Below the pieces are notes generated by a model. That model was not told the DNA's origin and ran no database searches. It worked only from the letters and a program-made list of their open reading frames with translations. A stretch of DNA of 34,861 bases from a virus (taxonomy: Duplodnaviria; Caudoviricetes), in IMG/VR virus record IMGVR_UViG_3300025777_000005, positions 1-34,861 of that record, one strand, 5' to 3'. Below are positions 26,101 through 33,889 of this stretch, piece after piece (positions within the stretch are counted from its first letter, which is position 1; each line of letters opens with the position of its first letter). Position numbers and translations under genes: made by a program.

Positions 26101-26506
26101 CTTGCGGGCCAAGTGCTGGAATTATTTCTCCGGCCATTCCCCCCAGTTGCTCAATTGGGGTTGTAAGTTGCGGGGAGGCGCTTTTTCCAGCCGCTTGCAT
26201 TGCGGCCATATCTTTTTCAAATTGTTGTCGGTGTTGGGCGGAATCTCCAACTTCGCCAAAAGCCCCCCGTTGAATTGCCGCCAACCCGGAAAGGGCCTGA
26301 GACAATCCCATCTGGGCATGGGGAATAATTGCCTGACCGGCAACGCCTAATTCGGTTAAAATGTTGTGAGGGTTTTGGTCTTTTGGCGGCGGGGGAGGCG
26401 GCGGAATAGAAAAATCCCGCTTCATCACCATGTCAATTACATGTTGAGGAGTGGCGTCGTCAAACTCAACAATCCGCCCGTCATAGGCCTGAGCGTACTT
26501 GGGCAT
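20129..26506 (-). CDS. Large polyvalent internal virion (ejection) protein with zincin-like domain and LPD38-like C-terminus
   Basis: 2125 aa; Gly/Ala-rich N-terminus, Pro-rich linker, HELIH plus 'HEILAWGLTD', C-terminal 'GNFGRKG...LYPFYNAGVQ'. Last gene of the structural block. Confidence 0.75.
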   Translation of the reverse strand: MPKYAQAYDGRIVEFDDATPQHVIDMVMKRDFSIPPPPPPPKDQNPHNILTELGVAGQAIIPHAQMGLSQALSGLAAIQRGAFGEVGDSAQHRQQFEKDMAAMQAAGKSASPQLTTPIEQLGGMAGEIIPALGPQAMGVMMGQQYQNALDAAAAKGLSGTPQAQLNAAGQGAFGAVMGGLPFGEIGETAAKFIPGVGGALANKGLLGMVARPGVAAASDALGFGGLQVGQNLLTGATINPGQNPFENVPESMAQGALFGGLMHGAGEVINRKKILEELNKKNPEPPPPPGGTMEEPPPAGGAAQTAYGETAAPHPDPAHPSNILSNWHELPAGMQEEMLRDYQASTPTGSGTPTPEGASPPTPETLPSVEQTPTASPGEQPPPVETSAPPASIEATEPVQTPSPSPTPTVTPEAGPVSDPRNKTDAMVNGSQGPKLPEELAKAQPRFNVGDISHTPQFESDIDKALYITAGAKKSASDGKYRSWLEGLGYTPDQIDQQGQLVRRTVSQSAREVGVNGDVLDNHPIPQIAPPPDDVRKAPEGSGAGVDPDMLLAKGRGSEDASRPTVAKDEQGYWHVEYTDPHTGTLTRDYHNVMGDELNSKKMAKDHADYVHDQIKDEIVKTEFQPEFQTRTDPNILRDAGFTDHEIEDHQWGADYLDQPAALAEKGWMHDPTTAKWGPATPEIVSRLKDTNHPALESAQRQLKRSIENNQIPTPDTTSRLSPAPYTYMYEGNRNDGWVRNPIDIADLENKVQGQTPDKVASIIAKRNASTPLGLIAKRVEQKLSDQIAAGVDHQFQVVQPSDMANLPQIVQDHLSNHGTMAGNARRFLDENGNPKLATTTYVKGSSFGTKSGMGDEVILHELIHGVTSHALQLMEAHDNPLDRGYKNLTPEDVKFYSEIKRISGVIGEELTRRLDQHKNGVRDLTPIERAVLDKNGSNALENAHEILAWGLTDRGFQDMLESIRDTGGQNLFNKFVNAIRELLGLPAKSNTALASLLHVADGMLSAPGDHAQGLYDKYMNGPKAVDHTAPSLSEAVANNVFTAEQTKDGLDGLSKIQDGISLAKSSIENGDYSGTKGLTTGKLDEMILRRAMMPEWQTRKGVLARSAGLLSKVGVSREALDIALKNGVLLGSDKNGMLAVLQKDVLLNGKVKMMDENTPLVASDLAPQTIQARVEAFRAGAYKELTKRMNDLAPYAHSQAEALAKHLEGLGIKDNVIRSYQDLKKPAAQILADAYAYARHAEEANKYGLDVLKKQIGEDDQGNPIYDPKTSGMSDEEARAIKDYVDNLPHNQREAIYKTQAQMRFIADERERIAIADGIMPDWKKIRSDFITQSKDLTDKLNNVKDPFVKERLERQLESINKQINKIPDFKDYVPLKSDYDSVERDAYGNPVDPNNWGGFSGGNSTSVKGKESINRLGRGSYAGQITNNLVTDYENSQSRGVRNQAGQRLMNLIADGYKSGDEYIMKHFDEPSKIQPQAYKDSTTGEVKYSVADYRNQPDAFITKFGGKEMYARIKTPEMMATINGFDGTTGKFMKMVEGFDQGISNFTGLQNWGRAFHLLNAGASFPFAARLILKHTDVAKLNVMGLGKYFDVSDQKLRSGIDKHTWTIGRSFLGVKPDPSVQADLAELRANGGLFKPVDLGGVENIQDHLDNIFAPEKWKDKTAREKWLAFKGGVHKLEQSITSFTNHVEWTTRLAVYRTMKENGASPKEAAWYAQELTGNFGRKGLATRALASLYPFYNAGVQADNASLSSVLKGGPKLLAKTAGSLAGLGAMIAMYNYWMGGMYKDQAGNNPYALLPSYKRAGTSLAIQVPFMHEKDGSPYYYKAPTPFKLFSLPINAGAAGVAMLHGDVTPGEYATEFANELISSGAHYSSTPTANPLVSATPGALRGLTSLGTNRTELGAPIHPEFPTARQKPQSQIYTKHASEASIAVANALHKGGLAEIYPDDLDYISATTAGSAGSFALGIGNAVASFVVPNSSANREIRGRDPYNQITDNPVSGIFVSRISSGDVANKYYSSVKEIEDYKTKLTSAKSEGDHEEALRLAADHPKEASMLNYYKRVENEMKDNRKALKDLQKNTTLSVADKVTRAEHINQANELLQRQFIYRWHNNGKYPDLSDR

Positions 26507-28038
26507 TATTTCACCGCAGCGGGGACGAGGTTCCCTTTGGCGTCATAGCGCATAATGTTCATGCCGCCGGTTTTATGAATAAGAGTCGCGCGCTGTCCCG
26601 CGATAGTCGCCGCGTTTGAGGCATAAGCCTCAGCGTTGGCCTTTTCTGTGGGAGTGGCTTGATCAGGCGTTTTGTCGAGAAGCTTCCAATAATCAGATAG
26701 CGCGCTCGTGTAGGCGTGGGTTTGGGTATTATTGATATCCTCAGCCACTTTGTACGTCGTGTTATTGTCCGCGTTTTTGTTTTGAGCGCCCGCCCCCATT
26801 AGATTGGCTCGCGCGTTCATTTGCTTGACCGCCAATTCCGCATCAAATTGATCATTATCGCTTTGATTCTTATAATTCTGCTGCGGAACAAGCAGGGATT
26901 TTCCGACAAGCTCGGACATCCGGTTAGCCTCGGAGTTCCAATCACCCGACTGTTGTTGACCCTGCTGAAGGCCGTAGCCCGTGGCTTTCTCATAACCACC
27001 GGCCAGAGCATTACCCTGAGCCATTTGAGCTTGGACAAGCTTATCCTGAATGGCCCGCTGTTGAGCCTGAGCCGCCGTGTAGGCGTCAACACCGGAATTA
27101 AGGCCCACACCTAGCCCGCTCAATACAGTGCCGTTGGGAGCGCTCATCATAGCCGCGCCAGCCTTCATGAGGGCCATGGAGATCGGGTTTTGAGATTGAA
27201 CCTGTTGTCTATACATTCCAATCGCCGGATCATATGGCTTGGTGAATGTATCTTGACCGCCCATGGCGTCCATGGCGGCTCTTGAATTTTGAACAATCCC
27301 TTGATTTTGTTTCAATCCGGATTGCGCCATACCAGCGTTTTGCATGGACTGGCCCATGCCAAACATGCCTAGGGCGCTTGTTCCATTGAGCCCCGCAGTT
27401 GTGTACGGACCTTGTGCGGAATACTCATGAGATCCCGTCATATCCATCAGCGGAGCAGGTTGATAATTGTCCATGATTTGCGGGGCGTGAACCACCGGAG
27501 CAGGGACATTCCTATGCACAACCGCGTTAACAGCCGATACTTCAGGCACGTAATTCGGATCATACGGAGTTCCATCGGGATTCACCTGACCCCCATCAGC
27601 GTAGGGAATCATTCCCACAATCCCGCCTTGAGCGTATGCGGGAGGCATAGCCTGATCATACCCTACCGGCTTCGCCTGAGCGACCCCGGCCACTCGACTC
27701 ATCTGCGCAAGAGCGGGAATACCCCCCTGAGGCGCTTGATTGTTCGCTACCATCTGAGGGCCTGCCGGAACGGGCGGGGACTGAACATTGGCCGGAGCCG
27801 CAGCCTCAGGCATTGTGGGGCTAGCGCCAACCGCAGAATTGGCGAGAAGCTGTTGCTTGATGGGCGGCTTGAGTCCAGCTCCGACCCCGCCCTGTCGCAT
27901 CTGTTGACGCTTCTGCATCTCGCTCATCACGAGATATTGTGGCGCAGCCCCAGATGGAGAGCTAAGCTCCTGACTAAGCTGATAGTCCGATAGGCGAGAA
28001 AGGTTAGCCGCTTGTTGCGAAATATTATTTTGCAGCAT
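26506..28038 (-). CDS. Putative internal virion / ejection protein
   Basis: Q/A/G/M-rich; YAQGG and YADGG motifs; 'LMKAGAAMM...LSGLG.G'; TAATG coupling to the large gene. Confidence 0.7.
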   Translation of the reverse strand: MLQNNISQQAANLSRLSDYQLSQELSSPSGAAPQYLVMSEMQKRQQMRQGGVGAGLKPPIKQQLLANSAVGASPTMPEAAAPANVQSPPVPAGPQMVANNQAPQGGIPALAQMSRVAGVAQAKPVGYDQAMPPAYAQGGIVGMIPYADGGQVNPDGTPYDPNYVPEVSAVNAVVHRNVPAPVVHAPQIMDNYQPAPLMDMTGSHEYSAQGPYTTAGLNGTSALGMFGMGQSMQNAGMAQSGLKQNQGIVQNSRAAMDAMGGQDTFTKPYDPAIGMYRQQVQSQNPISMALMKAGAAMMSAPNGTVLSGLGVGLNSGVDAYTAAQAQQRAIQDKLVQAQMAQGNALAGGYEKATGYGLQQGQQQSGDWNSEANRMSELVGKSLLVPQQNYKNQSDNDQFDAELAVKQMNARANLMGAGAQNKNADNNTTYKVAEDINNTQTHAYTSALSDYWKLLDKTPDQATPTEKANAEAYASNAATIAGQRATLIHKTGGMNIMRYDAKGNLVPAAVK

Positions 28039-28042
28039 TTAA

Positions 28043-29527
28043 TTAACCTCCCTTTCCGCCTAGTGCCGATGCAATGCCAGCTAAGCCCGTTCCAGCACCA
28101 ACTAGCTGAGTAATGGGGTTTTGATAAGTGCTGGCGGTATTTGAGTAAGAATTTGGGCTCACATTAAATCCGTGCATCAATCCAGACAAGAAGTTAAGCT
28201 GCTGTTCTGGATATTGTTGTTGGTTCACGAAGTTATTGTAGCCAATATTCAATCCCTGTTGCTGATAATTCTGAGCCGATTGGCCCGCAGCATATAGAGC
28301 ATTCAAACCTGTCGAGGCCATGTTTTGTTGCGTTTGACCCAAGTTCGATTGGCTATTGCCGATTTGATTTTGCAAGCCAGCCGCATTAAGTAAATTTGAA
28401 ATTCCAGTGTTGTAATTTGCGCTGTTTAAAGAATTGTTTGCATTTTGATTTTGGGAATTCAACGCATTTGTTGTATTGTAGTTTGAGGAATTAAGGGCGT
28501 TATTTGCCTGATTGTACTGAGCATTTAACGCTTGAGCCGATTGAATATTTCCGGAGTTAAGCGCGTTTGTTGTGTTGTAGTTGGAACTGTTTAAGCTGTT
28601 TGCAGCATTTATTTGAGAAGCATTTAGTGCATTATTTGCTTGATTCTGATTTGCGTTTAGGCTAGTAATGGTGTTGTAGTTACCAGCGTTGAGCGCATTA
28701 GTGTTAAGCGCGGCCTGCACGTTTGTATTTTGCGTGTTTTGGTTGGCTTGTTGGTTGGCCTCCTGAGACAGGAGATTAGCGGAATTATCCGCTTGGTAAG
28801 CCTGCTGACCTGTGGTGTATGCGGTGTTAAGGCCCTGAGCAATCATTTGATTCTCAGAGTTATTGAAATCGCGTTGAGCCGCCTCGTTGACTAGCGCCGC
28901 GCGATCTCCGCCGAAAGTGCCTTGGGAAATAGCGTCGCTATTCCGCACATTCTGTTGTTCGCCAAACTGCGTATTGGCTAGGCCTAATTGGCTACTCAGC
29001 ACATTTTGCTCGTACGGGGACATGTAAGCCCCTGCCATGCCCGGATTTAACCAGCTACCCGAATGAACCTGATTAACCCCACTTGCCTGAGGGGTTCCAT
29101 ATTGTTGAGCTTGGGCGGCGTTATAATTATATTGAGTGGGATTAATCGTGTTAGCTTGCGCGTATTGCGCTGGGGCGACATTATTGTAATTATATTGTTG
29201 GCTTTGGTATGTGGGACTTGATACCGTTGGGGCCGTTGAGTTTTGCCCCGCCCTCATCGCACCTTGCAATCCACTCTGGAATGCATTACCCGCTTGATCA
29301 ATAGCTCCAGATCCCACCGATCCAAGCTGTCCCGCTTGGTTATACGCCTGCTGGGTAAGCTGAGATTGATCAGCAAGTTGCTGACCCTGATACGGGACAT
29401 AAGGCTGGTTAGATAGGCTTTCGCCTTGATTTAGGATGTCCTTCGCATATGGAAGTAACTCTGGCGGGAGACTGCTATTGACTACCGTCTGAGTTTGGGG
29501 AGTCGAACTCCCCGAATCTTTTCCCAT
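28043..29527 (-). CDS. Putative DNA ejection / pilot protein, Q/N-rich
   Basis: MGKDSG start with SD GAGGAG; 'YMSPY', 'GTFGGDR', C-terminal Gly/Ala hydrophobic tail. Confidence 0.75.
   Translation of the reverse strand: MGKDSGSSTPQTQTVVNSSLPPELLPYAKDILNQGESLSNQPYVPYQGQQLADQSQLTQQAYNQAGQLGSVGSGAIDQAGNAFQSGLQGAMRAGQNSTAPTVSSPTYQSQQYNYNNVAPAQYAQANTINPTQYNYNAAQAQQYGTPQASGVNQVHSGSWLNPGMAGAYMSPYEQNVLSSQLGLANTQFGEQQNVRNSDAISQGTFGGDRAALVNEAAQRDFNNSENQMIAQGLNTAYTTGQQAYQADNSANLLSQEANQQANQNTQNTNVQAALNTNALNAGNYNTITSLNANQNQANNALNASQINAANSLNSSNYNTTNALNSGNIQSAQALNAQYNQANNALNSSNYNTTNALNSQNQNANNSLNSANYNTGISNLLNAAGLQNQIGNSQSNLGQTQQNMASTGLNALYAAGQSAQNYQQQGLNIGYNNFVNQQQYPEQQLNFLSGLMHGFNVSPNSYSNTASTYQNPITQLVGAGTGLAGIASALGGKGG
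28403..28699 (-). repeat. Nine 11-residue repeats (NALNSxNYNxx-like)
   Basis: 99 aa from NALNAGNYNTI to NSLNSANYNTG. Confidence 0.85.
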
Positions 29528-29951
29528 TGGGCTCCTCAAACATTAACTGACAAGTGATAAATTTCTTTTCCCAATGCAGGCGTTTTAATTTCTTTTCCCA
29601 GCCCTGACGCCCGATTAATTCCATACCGGCGCAATTAAAATGCTGAGCAAAAATAACGAGTGAATTGTTTGCCTGATCAATCCATTCGTCGAAATCATCT
29701 CCGGCCAACATCTCCACAGTAAGCATCCTTACCGCAGCATAGTCGTTGACCTTTGTGAGTATAAAACCCTTGATAGCCAAATCATCCGGAGTGTAAACAA
29801 CCCAAAGCGTGGCCTCATTTCTTAAAACCCTGTTTAGGGTTTCTGCGGCGGTCGCTCTGCCATATGTAATGTCCACAACAGATTGTACATATGGTTCAAC
29901 ATGTTCCCACACATCCACCGCCTGCTCGGGCGTGACCACGGATATTTTCAT
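29475..29951 (-). CDS. Putative GNAT-like protein in the virion gene block
   Basis: 'LWVV', 'LAG..FDEW', 'FA...NC..MELIGRQGWEKKL'; usual position before the ejection proteins. Confidence 0.6.
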   Translation of the reverse strand: MKISVVTPEQAVDVWEHVEPYVQSVVDITYGRATAAETLNRVLRNEATLWVVYTPDDLAIKGFILTKVNDYAAVRMLTVEMLAGDDFDEWIDQANNSLVIFAQHFNCAGMELIGRQGWEKKLKRLHWEKKFITCQLMFEEPNGKRFGEFDSPNSDGSQ

Positions 29952-29964
29952 AAGAAATGCCTAG

Positions 29965-31164
29965 TTAGGCAGGCAGCATCGCCTGAGGGTTAATGCGAGG
30001 CGGCATCGCGGCCGATCCCGTTTTGGCCAACCTAACTCTTTTAACCATATTTTTTAATGCCTTATGCCCAGCCGCAGACGACCCATTTCCTAAGTGAGCC
30101 ACTGTTGCGGCGTCAATTACGTGTTCGTTTGACGACAATAGTGCCGGTTGCTTTCCATCAATGGTTGCGGGAATATTATCCGATGATCCATCTCCCGCCA
30201 CAGGCGGCACAGCCATATCGCCAGCCATAGAAGGATCGGCAATTCCCTGCATTCCAGCGGCCATAGGAGCCCCGCCAGCGGCAAACTTGGGCAGCTTCGC
30301 ACCCATAGAGGGGTTCATGCCACCGGGCGTCCCTGAGGCTCCCATGCTCATCGGCATGGCTTGCTTCATGGCCTCGTGATTCAGAAAGGAAAGACCACGC
30401 GAATCAATCATATTGCGGCCCCCGCTCACGGAACCGCCATTGGCATACCCGTTGGGCATGTTAGCCTGCCGAACCATTTGCTGCTGCATGATTTGCTGGG
30501 GAGTGAGGTTCATAGCTGTCGCCGCCATGATCGGCCCACCCTGAGCGTACCCACCCGAGGGGGTGAAATAACTCATTTCCGGACTAATGCCGGGTCTGAA
30601 ATTTGTTGGAATTGTCGCCGCTTGACGAGTCTTATATTGAGTGAGCCCCGGCGATGTGTAAGTCGGTTGAGTGGGCGGCGCTGGTTGTAACGCCTCGCCA
30701 GCAATTGACAGACCGGGCGTAGCTACAGTCGCGGCTGGAACTAGATTAGCGAGCATACTTGCACCGCCGCTCCCCATGCCGCCCAGCACACCTCCAGCAC
30801 CGGCTGCGGGAGCCGCAGACAATACCGCAGGCGCAACGGACCCCGCAGCACCACTTGCTCCGTTCGCCGCCGCAAGGGCCTCAGCGGACGGATTAGCTCC
30901 AGTCATTACGCCGTCCATAGCAGGGGAAGCGCCGCCTCCGAACGCACCCATAGCTCCACCAAGGCCATAGCCCAGCAAACCGGACTCAAGACCCTTTCCA
31001 AGATCTCCAGTCGCAAGGGTGGTCCCGAGTCCAGACCCCAGAGCGGAGCCCAAAAGAGATCCGCCCGCAGTCGCGCCGATTCCCAGCGCGCCAAGCGTGC
31101 CAGATGCGGCCAGCGATCCGCCAGCCATTGATCCTAGAAGAGGGGCGAGTGCAGCAAGAGCCAT
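29965..31164 (-). CDS. Virion protein with Gly/Ala membrane-like N-terminus, three [YF]AxGG motifs and a C-terminal GDGxSDxIPA domain
   Basis: YAQGG, YANGG, FAAGG; 'GDGSSDNIPATIDG...LSSNEHVIDAATVAHLGNGSSAAG'. Confidence 0.75.
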   Translation of the reverse strand: MALAALAPLLGSMAGGSLAASGTLGALGIGATAGGSLLGSALGSGLGTTLATGDLGKGLESGLLGYGLGGAMGAFGGGASPAMDGVMTGANPSAEALAAANGASGAAGSVAPAVLSAAPAAGAGGVLGGMGSGGASMLANLVPAATVATPGLSIAGEALQPAPPTQPTYTSPGLTQYKTRQAATIPTNFRPGISPEMSYFTPSGGYAQGGPIMAATAMNLTPQQIMQQQMVRQANMPNGYANGGSVSGGRNMIDSRGLSFLNHEAMKQAMPMSMGASGTPGGMNPSMGAKLPKFAAGGAPMAAGMQGIADPSMAGDMAVPPVAGDGSSDNIPATIDGKQPALLSSNEHVIDAATVAHLGNGSSAAGHKALKNMVKRVRLAKTGSAAMPPRINPQAMLPA

Positions 31165-31215
31165 TTATTTTTCCCGTTTATTTAATTTACCATGTTGTTA
31201 TGCGGTTCTTAATTA

Positions 31216-31536
31216 TTAACCAATGTACCAAGCGGTTCCGTTATTCCATACTGGAACAATATTAGCGCCGCCACCGACAACGCCCGCGCCGAAATTACCC
31301 GTCGCCGCAAGGGTGCTATCCAAAGCCACCCCCCTCAAGTATGGAAAATTTACCGGACTTGGTAAGTTAGCGACCTTACACCCCGCCACCGGAGCGTAGG
31401 CTAGATAAGCCATAACTTGACTAAAATTCTGATCAACAACTCGATTGTAATTGGCTTGCCACTGAGAGCTATATAAAGCCTGAGGGGCCGGAGTGGGTAT
31501 TAATTGTCTTGTCGGAACGCTTGTTGCGCTTGACAT
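31216..31536 (-). CDS. Hypothetical virion (tail-associated) protein
   Basis: TAATG coupling; 'VANLP...GGGANIVPVWNNGTAWYIG'. Confidence 0.65.
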   Translation of the reverse strand: MSSATSVPTRQLIPTPAPQALYSSQWQANYNRVVDQNFSQVMAYLAYAPVAGCKVANLPSPVNFPYLRGVALDSTLAATGNFGAGVVGGGANIVPVWNNGTAWYIG

Positions 31537-33389
31537 TATCTCATACCATCTGGTTGAATATCAAGTCTATTACTTCCAATTCTCCACCACACTCCAAGAA
31601 GAGCGTTACTTTCAATTCTTAATATTACGTATCTACCGCGAACTCTTAAATCAAGCTTTTGGGTAAATTGTTCTACAGTCATGCTCGTCACTTTCGTGAC
31701 TGGAAGCGCCCCACTGTTGTAATACGGTCCGCCCGGATAGTCCCTTGGTGTTATGGTCATGGTGACTGACGGATACCCAGTAGATGACTCTACAAATGTG
31801 ATATCTGGGATAATCCTTTTTAGGAAAACAAAATGATCCCCATCCGCAATTTCGATTGGCCCAGACTCAACATACGCATCAATCGGTGTGGCTGGGGATG
31901 TTGATCCGTCGTCCAGACCGACCTCATGGCTATAAATAAAGCCGTCGGTCGATGCCCCTTGCGGGTAATCAAAAACTCCGTTGTCGGCCCATGCGGTTCT
32001 CCTCATGGTTCCGTAAGACCAAACATCTTCCACATAGTTATAGATAACGTAGCTATCACACTCTGTAGAATTGTTTGACGTGTAGAAAAACCACACCTCT
32101 CTATTAAGAGAGTTTGTGGCGACGTATGTTTTCCACCCTTGAATAAGGTTAATAGATCCAAATACCAATTCTCTAATTGTACATGGCATGGTTTTGACAG
32201 TGCCGTCGTACAGGTAGAAATTTTCCCGCCCCATCCACATTGCGAAATTACCAAACGTGGCTACGGCATTCGGACCAATAATATCAATATTCGGAGAGAG
32301 TAATTGTTGTCCCCACCCCGTAGCTCCGCCAACAAAATTTAATGCGTACAGAGAGCTCTCAGTCCAGACCAGAATGTTGCCCGGTCCTCGACGTGCGCAG
32401 TATATCTGACTGCCGGTGCTTAAGCGGAAGCCCCCCGCCGCGTTTGTGGTTGATGGGGTCCATTGAGCCGCGCTCTCAAGATCCGACCACCGCACGTACA
32501 TGGGGTCCAGTACGCCAGTGTTACCAATTACGTCACATCCAAAAGCAAATACCTGCCTAGACTGAGGCGCAACTAAAATATGGTTGGCAATAGTCGGAAC
32601 ATTGCTAGCTCCAGACAGTGTGGAAATATTAAACATGCGGGCGGCAGAGTCGCCAGTGTAATAATAAATTCCACCGCCCCTCCAGCAGCCAACAAAATCC
32701 TGACCGAAATTATCGCCAGACCACATACGCGGTTGAGGCCCCAGAGACGTTCCGGTTCCAATCCCTGACCATGAACCCGAGCCATATGCGCCGCCGCCGT
32801 AGCCGGAACCAGATACGCGATCCACGGGACCCGGCGAGAATTCATATCCGTATGTTACGGTCCCGCCGCCCCCAGAGGCTCCGGATGTAGCTACAGTCGG
32901 CCCAACGAATGTGAACGTGTTGGCGGTAATCGAAGTGACCGCCCAATTCCCGTTCAAGTTAACAAGATTCACCCCGCCAAGAGTTCCGGTTGCTCCAGAA
33001 AAATTAACGTAATCTCCCACGGCGCAGCCATGTGCGGTACTTGTAACGGTAATTACATTGCTAGCGTTCGCAGTCGCAAAGGGATTTGTGAGAGTTCCAG
33101 TGATTCTGAAGGGTGTGGCGTCAGTCAAAACACCGTTTACAAGAATGTACGCTTTTGCATTTGTAGAAAAAAATAACTGCGGAGTTCCCGCCAAATCTGC
33201 CCATGTATGCATGAACCGACACGTTCCAATAAACGCCGTATTCCCAGATGAATTTATCCATCCGTTTATTTTTTGAGGCTTTCCGTCCCTGAACCTAATT
33301 TTGTCGCAAACGTGCCAGAGCCCCTTGGCCGCATATTGAGTTCCATCATTATAGATGCCCGGTTGCGGGTCGAACTTAATAAGGCTCAA
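31536..33389 (-). CDS. Tail stabilisation / nozzle protein (P22 gp10, tail tubular B-like)
   Basis: Beta-propeller-like: 'DKIRFR.GKPQKI.GW', 'DNFGQD', 'VRWSD.E', 'EVWFFY', 'RTAW.D', 'RIIPD'; Thr-rich inserted domain. Confidence 0.75.
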   Translation of the reverse strand: MSLIKFDPQPGIYNDGTQYAAKGLWHVCDKIRFRDGKPQKINGWINSSGNTAFIGTCRFMHTWADLAGTPQLFFSTNAKAYILVNGVLTDATPFRITGTLTNPFATANASNVITVTSTAHGCAVGDYVNFSGATGTLGGVNLVNLNGNWAVTSITANTFTFVGPTVATSGASGGGGTVTYGYEFSPGPVDRVSGSGYGGGAYGSGSWSGIGTGTSLGPQPRMWSGDNFGQDFVGCWRGGGIYYYTGDSAARMFNISTLSGASNVPTIANHILVAPQSRQVFAFGCDVIGNTGVLDPMYVRWSDLESAAQWTPSTTNAAGGFRLSTGSQIYCARRGPGNILVWTESSLYALNFVGGATGWGQQLLSPNIDIIGPNAVATFGNFAMWMGRENFYLYDGTVKTMPCTIRELVFGSINLIQGWKTYVATNSLNREVWFFYTSNNSTECDSYVIYNYVEDVWSYGTMRRTAWADNGVFDYPQGASTDGFIYSHEVGLDDGSTSPATPIDAYVESGPIEIADGDHFVFLKRIIPDITFVESSTGYPSVTMTITPRDYPGGPYYNSGALPVTKVTSMTVEQFTQKLDLRVRGRYVILRIESNALLGVWWRIGSNRLDIQPDGMR

Positions 33390-33889
33390 TGGCTTCTTTC
33401 TTTTTGCTCACCAACTTGACGAACCCAATCCTGCAATCCAGCCAACTCCTCCGAGCTTGCAAAACAAATTTGGTAGTTATCAACTACTGTTGTGAGGAGG
33501 TCGCTTGCTTTAATTTTTGCGGAGGGATCATCAACTCCGCTGGAGGGGTTGGGTAACTCACTATCTGTCGCTGCGGCGTTGTGCAGGACGATAAACTTAG
33601 AAGAAAGATAAGGGTCGTCAGTGGGATCATTAGTGTGGATATAAACTGGGATCTGCTTTTCAATGGTTGAATATTTGGTAACAATGTCATGCTGCACCCG
33701 AATCTGTTTTTGAGAAACATCGTTATTAATACTTGCTTGTTTTTGAAGCAATTTGTTAATTGATTGTTCTGATTGGAGTTTTTGGGATTGAATCTCCAAG
33801 TCCTTATAGTGCCATACCCCAGCCCCAACCAGCGCGGCGCTGATCAGAATCGCCGCAATGTAACCTGAGATATTAGGAACGCCGATCAT
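33386..33889 (-). CDS. Rz-like inner-membrane spanin
   Basis: N-terminal TM then coiled periplasmic region; ATGA overlap with the endolysin stop; 'NY..C.....L.GLQDWV'. Confidence 0.8.
   Translation of the reverse strand: MIGVPNISGYIAAILISAALVGAGVWHYKDLEIQSQKLQSEQSINKLLQKQASINNDVSQKQIRVQHDIVTKYSTIEKQIPVYIHTNDPTDDPYLSSKFIVLHNAAATDSELPNPSSGVDDPSAKIKASDLLTTVVDNYQICFASSEELAGLQDWVRQVGEQKERSH
33484..33630 (-). CDS. Rz1-like outer-membrane spanin lipoprotein, nested in the i-spanin gene
   Basis: MIPLTTLIFLLSLSS-C lipobox, then Pro-rich 'YPTPPAELMIPP'; same strand, different frame. Confidence 0.75.
   Translation of the reverse strand: MIPLTTLIFLLSLSSCTTPQRQIVSYPTPPAELMIPPQKLKQATSSQQ

Noticed and set aside
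20348-33276. Numerous short + strand ORFs opposite the structural genes
   Set aside because: Antisense shadows with no motifs or SD support.
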